This document shows, piece after piece, positions 1 to 8,455 of a DNA stretch of 28,114 bases. The notes under the pieces are model-generated. The model searched no databases and was not told the origin of the DNA. It saw only the letters and a program-made list of their open reading frames with translations. Every line of letters begins with the position of its first letter. The stretch's first letter is position 1. Origin of the DNA: Trueperaceae bacterium (GTDB lineage Bacteria > Deinococcota > Deinococci > Deinococcales > Trueperaceae); the NCBI GenBank assembly GCA_040905465.1, contig JBBDRK010000048.1, forward strand, positions 1-28,114, written 5' to 3'. The translations under genes and the position numbers were made by a program.

Positions 1-46
1 CAAGGTCACAGCCCTTTCATGCCCACTTGACAAAAATCGATCTATA

Positions 47-553
47 TCAGTTGAGCCCTTCGTCTTCGCCGGCGTCCATCATCTGCCGGGCTTCCTGGCT
101 GGTTATGTCGAGAACTGCGCTGATCTCGCCGGCCAGCAGGCGCAGCGCGCGGCGGTAGGCCTGGCGATCGAGATCGGGCAGTCCGCGCTCGAGGTCCCAG
201 CGTCGTAGTTCGCTCGCCAGGGTTGCGATCTGATAGGGATCGCCGCTGGTGAGGATGTCGGTTACCCGCCGGTGCCGAGCTGCCCACTGCTTGGGCAGGT
301 TGATCCGGCCGTTGGCCAGACGCTCGAGCACGCTCTGAACTTCCTGCTCGGTGAGGGCGGGGCGCAGCCCGGCCTCTTTGGGGGCGCTGACGGGGACATA
401 GGCCCGCGAGGTTCCGTTGGGAAAATCGACCTGATAGTACTGAAGATCGGCACCAGCCACGGTCTTGATGGTAGTGCCCGACACCACGCCGACTCCATAT
501 GGAGGCAGCACCACCTGGTCGCCGCTCTGAAACTCCTGTTGCGCATCTTTCAA
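47..553 (-). CDS. carD: CarD family RNA polymerase-binding transcription regulator
   Basis: 168 aa. N-terminal FQSGDQVVLPPYGVGVV (CarD RNAP-interacting domain) and C-terminal LPKQWAARHR with the conserved Trp. TTG start preceded by AAGGGAG Shine-Dalgarno (SD). Confidence 0.93.
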   Translation of the reverse strand: MKDAQQEFQSGDQVVLPPYGVGVVSGTTIKTVAGADLQYYQVDFPNGTSRAYVPVSAPKEAGLRPALTEQEVQSVLERLANGRINLPKQWAARHRRVTDILTSGDPYQIATLASELRRWDLERGLPDLDRQAYRRALRLLAGEISAVLDITSQEARQMMDAGEDEGLN

Positions 554-702
554 GGCGTCTGCTCCCTTCGGATCTGCGCCAAACTACTCGCCGCGGCCGG
601 TGTGCACGGCCTGCGGCTCAGTTGGTAGCCTGGTTTGGAAAATGTGCTGTTCGTGCTTCGAGGCGAAATTCGATAAGCCCACAGAGCACCATCACGTGCC
701 GA

Positions 703-731
703 ATTATAGCAGAAAAATGCGTTGATTGCAC
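703..731 (-). promoter_or_regulatory. sigma-70 promoter of carD (extended -10 TGcTATAAT; possible -35 GTGCAA at 17 nt spacing)
   Basis: Minus strand reads GTGCAA-tcaacgcatttttctgc-TATAAT in an AT-rich patch upstream of carD. Confidence 0.7.
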
Positions 732-761
732 GCCCTGCCCGAGCATCGAGCGACGCGCGAG

Positions 762-1667
762 CTACCTCTCTCGGCGTCCACTCGATTCACTGAAGCGGTT
801 CGCCAGCACCACGCCAAGCAGCAGGATCACCGCACCGACCACCGTCAGGACCCCGGGAATCTCGTTGAACAGCACCAGTGCCAGAAGGCCGGCGGCAACA
901 GGCTCGAGCAGGATCATGCTGGCTACCAGCGTCGGATCGAGAAACTTCATCGCGTAGTTGACACCGGTATGGCCCACGAGTTGCGGCAACGCCGCCAGCA
1001 GGAATACCCAGTAGAACGTAGCCTGCGGGTAATCCAGGTATGAGAGGCCGAAGAGAGCCGGCAATGGGAGCAGCACGAGCGCCGCGACAGTGTAGGCGCT
1101 GCCGGCGTAGGCGGCCAGGCCAAGGCCGTGCTGCTGGGCCGCTCGGCCCAGGAGCAGGTATGCGGAGACGGTGAGCGCGCCCAGCAGGGCAAGCCCGTCG
1201 CCCAGCAACGGCGCCGATCCCCCGGCAAGGTCGCCGAAGCCGATCAGGGCGCCACCGGCCACCGCCAACAGCACTCCCAGGAGCATTGCCAGCGATGGCG
1301 GCTTGCGGAGGAACAACCAGCTGAACAGTGCAACCCATAATGGATTGGTGCACACCAGCGTCACGCTGGCGGCCACCGTGGTGTAGGACAGGGAGCTGAT
1401 CCAAGCGGCGAAGTGAACCGCCAGGAAGATCCCCGCCAACACGGTGTAGCCGAACGTCCGTCCGGTAAAGGGCGTGCGGCGTAGGCCGCGCCAGGTGACA
1501 GGCGCCAGCAGCAGCGCGGCGATTACCATCCGGTAGCACGCGACAACCAGAGCGGGCGCTTCGGCCAGCCGAATGAAGATCGCCGACAGGCTGACGGCCA
1601 AAACCGCCACCCCGAGGACCAGTAAAACGCGCCCGGAGGCGGGCGCTGTGGGTGAGGGGGCGGCCAT
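762..1667 (-). CDS. DMT (EamA-like) family transporter
   Basis: Real gene is the C-terminal ~301 aa of the 762..2735 ORF (MAAPSPTAP...). About 10 hydrophobic segments in two EamA-like halves (SLSAIFIR, HFAAWISSL, GHTGVNYA, LEPV). ATG at 1667 lies 8 nt after TAGGAT. Confidence 0.88.
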   Translation of the reverse strand: MAAPSPTAPASGRVLLVLGVAVLAVSLSAIFIRLAEAPALVVACYRMVIAALLLAPVTWRGLRRTPFTGRTFGYTVLAGIFLAVHFAAWISSLSYTTVAASVTLVCTNPLWVALFSWLFLRKPPSLAMLLGVLLAVAGGALIGFGDLAGGSAPLLGDGLALLGALTVSAYLLLGRAAQQHGLGLAAYAGSAYTVAALVLLPLPALFGLSYLDYPQATFYWVFLLAALPQLVGHTGVNYAMKFLDPTLVASMILLEPVAAGLLALVLFNEIPGVLTVVGAVILLLGVVLANRFSESSGRRER

Positions 1668-1748
1668 GTCGAAACATCCTACCGCGCCGCCCGCCTGCGC
1701 CGACCGCACTGCCCTGGGAGCATCCGCTGGGTTAAAGTGCGCGACACC

Positions 1749-3095
1749 ATGATCGAGTTTCCGAAAGAGTTCATTTGGGGGGCCTCCACGGCCGCCTACC
1801 AGATCGAGGGGGCGGTTCACGAGGACGGGCGGGGCGTCAGCATCTGGGATACCTTCAGCCATACTGCCGGGAAGGTTGCGGGAGGAGACACCGGTGACGT
1901 TGCCTGCGATCACTATCACCGCTATCGGGAGGACGTGAGCCTCATGGCGCGGCTCGGCATCGACGCCTACCGGTTCTCGGTAGCCTGGCCGAGAGTGTTC
2001 CCCTCTGGAAAGGGCAAGCCCAATCGGCGGGGCCTGGACTTCTACGGGAGGCTGGTCGACGAACTGCTCGAGCGGGGCATCGAACCTTGGGTGTGCCTCT
2101 ACCATTGGGACCTGCCCCAGGCGCTGGAGGATCGCGGCGGCTGGACAGCGCGCGATACCGTGCACCGTTTCGTCGACTATGCCGAGGTCGTGGCGCAGAG
2201 CCTCGGCGACCGGGTCGACAACTTCCTGATGCTGAACGAGCCGAGCATCGTCGCCGTGCTCGGTCACCTGCTCGGCATTCACGCTCCCGGCCGCTCCGAC
2301 ATCGCCGCTTACGCGGCGTCCACCCATAATCTCAATCTGGCGGCCGGCCAGGGCGTCGCCCGTCTGCGCGAGCTCGGTAACTGGCGGTTGGGAACGGTAC
2401 TCAATCTCGAACCGGTTCACGGTGTCGGCGAAGGCGAGCAGGAGCAACGAGTCCTGACCCTCTACGACGCCTTCCGCAACCGAAACTACGCCGATCCGCT
2501 GTTCCTGGGAACCTATCCGGAGGCTACCGCCGCCATGATGCAGCCGCACGTACGCGACGGCGACCTGGAGGCGATCAGGCAGCCGCTCGACATGCTCGGC
2601 CTCAATCTCTACAGCCGTGTCAGGGTGAAGGCCGACCCCGGAAGCCTGGTCGGATTCCGGCAGTTGGACCCGCCAAGCGGTGCACAGCGTACCGCCATGA
2701 ACTGGGAGGTCTATCCGGACGCACTCTTTCAGCAATTGGTCGAATTGAAAGAGCGCTACGGCAACCCGCCCGTCTACGTCACCGAGAACGGCGCCGCTTT
2801 CGCCGACCGTCGTGAGCCCGACGGCAGCGTGCGCGACCAGCAGAGGATCGATTTCCTGGCCGGCTATATCGGCGCGGTCAGGAGGGCGTTGGACTCGGGA
2901 GTCGACGTTCGTGGGTACTTCGTGTGGAGCCTTCTCGATAACTTCGAGTGGGCGGAGGGGTACGACAAGCGGTTCGGCCTGGTCTACGTCGACTATCGGA
3001 CACAGGAACGGGTGACCAAGGCGTCCTTCGACTGGTACCGGGAGACTATCCGCAACAAGGGTTTCGAGCCGCGCGATGAGTCGGAGCCCGTTTGA
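1749..3095 (+). CDS. Glycoside hydrolase family 1 beta-glucosidase
   Basis: FIWGASTAAYQIEG GH1 signature, acid/base NEP motif, nucleophile TENG motif, WSLLDNFEW. Start is ATG 1749 or GTG 1737. Confidence 0.95.
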   Translation: MIEFPKEFIWGASTAAYQIEGAVHEDGRGVSIWDTFSHTAGKVAGGDTGDVACDHYHRYREDVSLMARLGIDAYRFSVAWPRVFPSGKGKPNRRGLDFYGRLVDELLERGIEPWVCLYHWDLPQALEDRGGWTARDTVHRFVDYAEVVAQSLGDRVDNFLMLNEPSIVAVLGHLLGIHAPGRSDIAAYAASTHNLNLAAGQGVARLRELGNWRLGTVLNLEPVHGVGEGEQEQRVLTLYDAFRNRNYADPLFLGTYPEATAAMMQPHVRDGDLEAIRQPLDMLGLNLYSRVRVKADPGSLVGFRQLDPPSGAQRTAMNWEVYPDALFQQLVELKERYGNPPVYVTENGAAFADRREPDGSVRDQQRIDFLAGYIGAVRRALDSGVDVRGYFVWSLLDNFEWAEGYDKRFGLVYVDYRTQERVTKASFDWYRETIRNKGFEPRDESEPV

Positions 3096-3113
3096 ACGGT
3101 TGGCGGCCGCTCC

Positions 3114-3515
3114 TCAGTTTCGAGGCCTGAGCATGGTCACGGCCAGGATCAGCCACCCAGCAATCTGCAGCAACCCTCCGATGGGGGCGACAGCGCCCCA
3201 CCATCCGGTGTCGGTCGAGACCAGCAGGTAGAGGCTGCCGGAGAACATCAGCGAACCGGCCAGCAGCCACGGCGCAGCCGGGACGGCCCTGGCGCCCAAG
3301 GCGGCCGCCGCCAGCAGGCCGAGGGCGTGATACATCTGGTAGCGAACCGCGGTTTCGAAGGTCGCCAGTCGATCGGGCGTGAGAACCTCGCGCAGCCCGT
3401 GAGCGCCGAACGCACCCAAACCGACCGCCACGGCTGCCAACGCCGCTCCCAGCGCCGCGACCCGTGCCGGCGTGAGTACGGGCGGCCGCCGACCGACCGT
3501 CCCGGTGCCGCTCAC
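3114..3515 (-). CDS. DUF423 (YgdD/TMEM256-like) small membrane protein
   Basis: GAFGAHGL, TAVRYQMYH, FSGSLY and PIGG motifs. GTGA overlap with the upstream ATPase stop. Confidence 0.88.
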   Translation of the reverse strand: MSGTGTVGRRPPVLTPARVAALGAALAAVAVGLGAFGAHGLREVLTPDRLATFETAVRYQMYHALGLLAAAALGARAVPAAPWLLAGSLMFSGSLYLLVSTDTGWWGAVAPIGGLLQIAGWLILAVTMLRPRN

Positions 3516-4219
3516 TCGCTCACCACCCGTTCCGACACCGGACCAGCTGCTGCTGGCGACGCCTGCAAGCGCCCGTCGCGCAGCCGGAGCAGTGCATCGG
3601 CCCGCTCTGCCAGCGCCTGGTCGTGCGTCACCAGCACCACCGTACGTCCTTCGTCGGCGATCTCACGAAGGGCGGCGAGCACCACGCCGCCGGCCGTGCT
3701 GTCGAGGTTGCCGGTCGGCTCGTCGGCGAACAGCACTCGGGGATCGTTGGCGAGCGCGCGCGCCAGCGCCACGCGCTGACGCTCGCCGCCGGAGAGCCGG
3801 TAGGGGAGCTGGTGAGCCCGGCCGGAGAGCCCGAACCGCTCCAGCAGCGAGTCGGCCCGCCGCTTACGCTCCTTGACGGACGCGCCCGCGAGGGCCATCG
3901 GCAGCGCCACGTTCTGGCGGGCCGAGAGGACCGAAACGAGGTTGAACGACTGGAACACGATGCCGAAACTCGATCGCCTCAACTCGGCGCGCTCGCGCTC
4001 GTTGAGCGCGCCGAGCGACCGGTCGTCGAACGTCACATCGCCGGAGCTGGGGCGGTCCAGGCCCGCCAGCAGGTTGAGCAAGGTGGTCTTGCCCGAGCCC
4101 GACGGGCCCATGATCGCGGTGACACCGCCCGGTCGAAAAGCGTAGGAGAAGCCGACAAGGGCTTCGATGTCACCGGAGGGCGTTCGATAGATCTTCGAGA
4201 GATCGGTCGCTTGCAGCAT
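3512..4219 (-). CDS. ABC transporter ATP-binding protein (LolD/MacB-like)
   Basis: Walker A GPSGSGKT, signature LSGGERQR, Walker B/D-loop LFADEPTGNLD, VTHD. Start revised to ATG 4219 (MLQATDLSKIY), 6 nt after TATCGT. Confidence 0.93.
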   Translation of the reverse strand: MLQATDLSKIYRTPSGDIEALVGFSYAFRPGGVTAIMGPSGSGKTTLLNLLAGLDRPSSGDVTFDDRSLGALNERERAELRRSSFGIVFQSFNLVSVLSARQNVALPMALAGASVKERKRRADSLLERFGLSGRAHQLPYRLSGGERQRVALARALANDPRVLFADEPTGNLDSTAGGVVLAALREIADEGRTVVLVTHDQALAERADALLRLRDGRLQASPAAAGPVSERVVSE

Positions 4220-4259
4220 TCGACTACGATACCGGGTCCCAGCCGATCCGGATTCGCCT

Positions 4260-6068
4260 TCAGCGGCCGCCGCCGCCTCCTCCGCCACCGCCTCCGCCGC
4301 CACCGCTGCTGGAACCGCCCGAGGAGGCCGATGCCGATGCGCTCGCCAGCGCGCTCGACAGCGACGAGACCGAGCGCGACAGGCCGGCCAGGTCGCTCAT
4401 GCCGGCGGTGTTGCCGCCCAACCAGACGCCCTGACGGGCAACCGCCCCCTCGTCGAGACCCCGTTCCGGCACTGCCCGCCGCAGGTTACGCAGGAAACTC
4501 GCCGCCACTCCCAGCGCGGCCGCGTAGCAGTAGTAGCGGTCCCAGAGCATGAAAAAGTCGTCGGGCGCGTCTTTCATACGGGTGTAATCGCGGAGGGTGC
4601 GTCGGAAGCCTTGCCAGGCGTAGACATCAGCGGCGACCTCGGGCCGCCAGCTCGGCAGCGCCAGGAAGGCGAGCAGTGCCAGTCCCACCGACATGATGCC
4701 TAATGCCAGCAGGGTGCCGCGGGCCGGACCGACTGTCAGCATGGCCCCGCCGAGGAGCGCGGAGCTGCCGAGTAAGGAGAGGAGCGCCCAGCGGACGGCG
4801 CCGGCACTGCTCTCGGGGGTGATCAAGCGACCGCCCATAGCTTCTTCCAATCGGGAACGAACCTTGCGCCCCCAAGACGGCATGAACTTTCCGGCCGCCC
4901 GCTGCGAGTAGGCTTTCAACTCCTTGAACTCGAGGAAATCGGAATCATTGCCGGCTGCGGCCGAGCGGAGGTAGCCGAGCACATCCGCCTCGAAGCCCTC
5001 GAGGGCTTCCGTTTCGCGCGGCACCGTGCCTTTGCCCGACAGCTGCATCGCGAAGCGCTTGCCGTCGCCCGCGAACGAGCCGTACCCGCGCCGCGCCAGG
5101 TCCATTACCGTGGCATGGAAGGCGTTGCCCATGGAAGCGGCGTTGAAACGCTGCATCAGAAGGGCGGTCACGGCGGCGGGCGCGAGATCGCTGGGCGGCT
5201 CGAACGGGTAGCGCATGGCGGCGAGGTCCGGCTCGCTGCCGTAGCGGCGGTAGGCGCGCCACACACCGCCGGCCAGGGTAAGCAGCAAGATTGCGCCGAG
5301 GAAGCCCCATGCAGGATGTCGGCGCGTGGCCTGCAGGCCTGCAACGAGCGCTTCGTCGCGCAGTAGCGCGTCCATCCTCGTCCCCTGGCCGCTAACGCTG
5401 AACAGCGCAGGATCCATCAGGAATCGGACCTCGACGCCTTCGCCCTCGGGGATGCGGTCGAACGCCACGTCGAGAACCCGCCGGTCCTCACTCAGCCTGA
5501 CCACCGGTTCCTCGGCGTTGCCGAAGCGGTGCACGTAGGCGTCGTATGGGAACGACATTGCGCCGGGAGCCTCCACCCGCAACCGGTAGCCGACCGCCGG
5601 CACGTTCTTTCGGCCGAATATCTCCCAGTACCACTGCACCACGTCTTCAAACGGCTCGACGGAGCCGTGGAGCAGGTAGTGGAACCGCACTCGGCGCTGG
5701 GTGATCCGGCGCTCGTTCCGCACCACCAGCTCGGTTCCGGCGGTGTCGTCCTCGCACTGCTGTGTGAAGGCGGTCGCCGGCGGACCAGGACTCATGGCGC
5801 CGCTGTCGCCCAGCAGTTCGATTCGCTGATCACGGGCGTGCTCGAGGCACAGGTAGGCCTCGCGGAAGTCACCGGAGAGAGCGGTGAGGGTACGCCGGTC
5901 GTCCACTTCCACCACCCCATCGGGGCGGATAGTCACCGCCTGGGTGACGTCGCTCCAGCGGTAACTCTGGCCGGCCGCCGTCGCCTGCAGCAGCGCGAAC
6001 AGGAACAGCGCCAGGCAGACTAGCGCACAGCGCCGCCGTCGGCACAGGGGAGCCGCTTCGATGTGCAA
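4260..6068 (-). CDS. DUF2207 domain membrane protein
   Basis: Signal-peptide-like N-terminus, extracytoplasmic domain, about 3 TM segments, PPSDLAPA, MDLARRGY, WDRYYCYAAALGV and a Ser/Gly-rich GGGGGGGR tail typical of DUF2207. Confidence 0.85.
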   Translation of the reverse strand: MHIEAAPLCRRRRCALVCLALFLFALLQATAAGQSYRWSDVTQAVTIRPDGVVEVDDRRTLTALSGDFREAYLCLEHARDQRIELLGDSGAMSPGPPATAFTQQCEDDTAGTELVVRNERRITQRRVRFHYLLHGSVEPFEDVVQWYWEIFGRKNVPAVGYRLRVEAPGAMSFPYDAYVHRFGNAEEPVVRLSEDRRVLDVAFDRIPEGEGVEVRFLMDPALFSVSGQGTRMDALLRDEALVAGLQATRRHPAWGFLGAILLLTLAGGVWRAYRRYGSEPDLAAMRYPFEPPSDLAPAAVTALLMQRFNAASMGNAFHATVMDLARRGYGSFAGDGKRFAMQLSGKGTVPRETEALEGFEADVLGYLRSAAAGNDSDFLEFKELKAYSQRAAGKFMPSWGRKVRSRLEEAMGGRLITPESSAGAVRWALLSLLGSSALLGGAMLTVGPARGTLLALGIMSVGLALLAFLALPSWRPEVAADVYAWQGFRRTLRDYTRMKDAPDDFFMLWDRYYCYAAALGVAASFLRNLRRAVPERGLDEGAVARQGVWLGGNTAGMSDLAGLSRSVSSLSSALASASASASSGGSSSGGGGGGGGGGGGGR

Positions 6069-6069
6069 G

Positions 6070-7227
6070 TTACTCCCGGGCCATCGCGGTTGCTATCGGG
6101 ACCCGGGCCGCGCGAACTGCCGGCAGGAGGCCTGCCAGCAGGCCCATCACCAGCGCGACCGAGACCGCGAACAGCGCAAGGCGGACCGTGAGGGCAGCCA
6201 CGTCGAGGCCGACCAGGCGGTCGGAGAGCAGGTTGAGTCCAACGATACCCAGCCTGCCAAGCAGCAGGCCGGCTGCCGCTCCGGCAAGGGATAGCAGGAC
6301 GGATTCACCGAGAATCAGACCCAGCAGGAACCGGGGCCGCGCGCCAACGGCCCTGAGGACGGCGAACTCGCGAGTGCGCTCGAAGACGCTCATCAGCAGT
6401 GTGTTGGCCACTGCGATCGCGCCCACCAGCAGGGCGATGCCGCTGATGCCCAGGCGCACGGCGTCGGAAACACGCAGGCCCTGCTCGACCACCGCGAGCA
6501 GGTCGGCACGGGTCTGGAAGCTGAGCTCGGGGAAGTCCGCCTGCAAGCGCTCGGCAACCGCGCCGGCGCGTGCCGGTTCTGCCAGATCCAGCGACAGGAT
6601 GCTCACCCGCTCGTCGATGCCGATGGCTGTCTGCAGCGCCTGCAGTGGAACCGCCACGCTGTTGTCGACCAGTCCGGCATCGGACTCGGCGATGCCGATG
6701 ATCGTGAAGCTCGAACGGGGGTTGAGGCGCAGTTCACGCCCGAGCCCCAGGCGCATGCGCTCCGCGGCGCTGGCGCCGATCACCGCCACCGGCGCGGACG
6801 GCTCGCTCTCGCTGAACCAGCGACCCTCCAGCAGGCGGAAGCCGGATACGTACTCGCGAGGATCTATTTGGCTGGGCAAGCCCTGAAACATCAACGATGA
6901 GGTTGGATCGAAGCCGCCCCGAAAGTACAGGACCACCGGCGTCACGCCGGTTATTCCGTACTCGTCGGCGACGGCTTCTAGCCGGTCGAGGTAAGTCAGG
7001 TCGAGTTCGGGTATCGCGGAGAACGGATTGGCCGTGTCGACATCGCCGTAGCTCACCTGGATGTCTGGGCCGACCGCTCCCAGTTGGCTGCTGAAGACCT
7101 GCCTCAGCCCCTCTCCCAGGGACAGGAAGATGACCATCGACCCGACAGCGACGGTTATTCCCAGAGCCGTGAGGAATGTGCGAACGGGCCGGCGCCCGAG
7201 CGAGTGGAGGGCTAGTGACCAGAGCAC
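6070..7227 (-). CDS. ABC transporter permease, MacB/FtsX (type VII) family
   Basis: [14 protein letters not shown] first TM, large periplasmic domain, IANT-like [24 protein letters not shown] motif, three C-terminal TMs ending [11 protein letters not shown]. Confidence 0.92.
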   Translation of the reverse strand: MLWSLALHSLGRRPVRTFLTALGITVAVGSMVIFLSLGEGLRQVFSSQLGAVGPDIQVSYGDVDTANPFSAIPELDLTYLDRLEAVADEYGITGVTPVVLYFRGGFDPTSSLMFQGLPSQIDPREYVSGFRLLEGRWFSESEPSAPVAVIGASAAERMRLGLGRELRLNPRSSFTIIGIAESDAGLVDNSVAVPLQALQTAIGIDERVSILSLDLAEPARAGAVAERLQADFPELSFQTRADLLAVVEQGLRVSDAVRLGISGIALLVGAIAVANTLLMSVFERTREFAVLRAVGARPRFLLGLILGESVLLSLAGAAAGLLLGRLGIVGLNLLSDRLVGLDVAALTVRLALFAVSVALVMGLLAGLLPAVRAARVPIATAMARE

Positions 7228-7234
7228 GCCAGGG

Positions 7235-8455
7235 TTACCGAGTCACTGCCAGTCCGAGAACTTCGCCGCTGGAACCGAGAGTGCCCCGCTCCTGTCCGGC
7301 CACCGTCAGCTCAACGCCGCCGGCGTTGCCGACGTGTACGTAGATCGGCAGGCGGAACCGGAGCGTCTGGCCGGCCTGCGCCGTGGTGAAGGCGAGCCGT
7401 TGCCCCTGATTGCGCGCGGTTCCCTGGTAGACCTCGAGCCAGGTGTCCTCGATGATCGTGAGAGTCGCCTGTGCTGCGGTCGCGCCGCCGGCCTGATCAG
7501 CAACACGGTCGCCAGGTTGGTCGCCTGCCTGCGCAACGGGATCGCCGACCCCCTGTTCGCCGCCCGGGCCCTCGCCCGCCTCGCCGCCCGCCTCGCCACC
7601 GGGTTCGCCACCGGGTTCGGCGCCATCGCCCTCTTCGGCAGCGGCGCCGGAGGGTGTGAGGGCGAAACTCAGGTTGCGGTCGAAGGTGAGGTCGAACTGG
7701 CGCTCGGCCGGCTCGTAGCCTTCGTGAGTAACGCGGATGGTGCGCGACTCGCGGGCCGTTACCGGTGCTGACTCTATCGGCGTGGTGCCAGGAAGCGGAA
7801 ACTCATCGACGGATACCTCGGCGCCGGCCGGGACGGAGCTGACCGACAGCCGTACGGTGCGCGGCATCGTGTTCAGCGCCTGCTCGGCGCTCTCCTCCTG
7901 AGTCGGCGGACGGCCGTCGGCTGGCGCCACGCCTGCGTCTCCGGCGTTTGTCGTGGACGGGTCGGTAGTGGTCGACGGCCGGGAGGCATTGAAGAAGGTG
8001 CTGTTGAAGCCCCACAACGCCAGGGCCACTACCGCGCCGACCATCAGGACGGTGGAGATCAAGGCGCCCCAGCGCGGTGTCGGCACCAGCGAGTCCCACC
8101 AGGGCCCTCCCTCCGACAGGGGCGGTACGTCGGCGGCCTGCTCCCGGTCGTACTCGAGCCGTTGCTCACTGGTGTTGAACAGGTTGGCGTCGCGCCGCTC
8201 GCTCCGGTAGATCTCGAGGGCACGCACGACGTCGAAGCCGACCGCTTGCGAGAACAGCCGCACGAAGTTCTTGGTGTACACGTCTTCGGGAAGGTCATTA
8301 TAGCGGCCCTCTTCGAGGGCGGTCAGATAGTCGCGGCGCACGTTGGTGAGCCCTGCCACGTCGCTCAGGTCCAGGTCACGGCTTTCACGGGCTTCGCGGA
8401 GCAGGTCTCCCAGTTTCGGCTCGTCCGGGAAGCGTGGATCGGTGATTTCACTCAT
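7235..8455 (-). CDS. RodZ-like protein: N-terminal HTH, single TM, PEGA-like domain, C-terminal DUF4115-like domain
   Basis: [10 protein letters not shown]...[17 protein letters not shown] (RodZ-type HTH); one [15 protein letters not shown]...GTTPI...HEGYEP (PEGA-like); C-terminal TWLEV...[13 protein letters not shown]. Confidence 0.82.
   Translation of the reverse strand: MSEITDPRFPDEPKLGDLLREARESRDLDLSDVAGLTNVRRDYLTALEEGRYNDLPEDVYTKNFVRLFSQAVGFDVVRALEIYRSERRDANLFNTSEQRLEYDREQAADVPPLSEGGPWWDSLVPTPRWGALISTVLMVGAVVALALWGFNSTFFNASRPSTTTDPSTTNAGDAGVAPADGRPPTQEESAEQALNTMPRTVRLSVSSVPAGAEVSVDEFPLPGTTPIESAPVTARESRTIRVTHEGYEPAERQFDLTFDRNLSFALTPSGAAAEEGDGAEPGGEPGGEAGGEAGEGPGGEQGVGDPVAQAGDQPGDRVADQAGGATAAQATLTIIEDTWLEVYQGTARNQGQRLAFTTAQAGQTLRFRLPIYVHVGNAGGVELTVAGQERGTLGSSGEVLGLAVTR
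7559..7618 (-). repeat. Five imperfect 12-bp coding tandem repeats ([20 protein letters not shown]) in the RodZ-like linker
   Basis: Plus strand: gccgcccgggcc ctcgcccgcctc gccgcccgcctc gccaccgggttc gccaccgggttc. Confidence 0.75.

Noticed and set aside
27..50. AT-rich TTGACAAAAATCGATCTATATCA at the window start (possible -35 or LacI-like ATCGAT operator)
   Set aside because: No properly spaced -10 on the plus strand, and the gene it might control lies outside the window, so it cannot be evaluated.
1668..2735. N-terminal 356 aa of the 657-aa ORF, suggesting a fusion to the DMT transporter
   Set aside because: It is the antisense frame of the GH1 gene. The transporter starts at ATG 1667.
4260..4330. 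Poly-Gly/Ser GGC-rich tract at the DUF2207 C-terminus (and the GroEL GGM tail)
   Set aside because: Normal family features, not contingency repeats.
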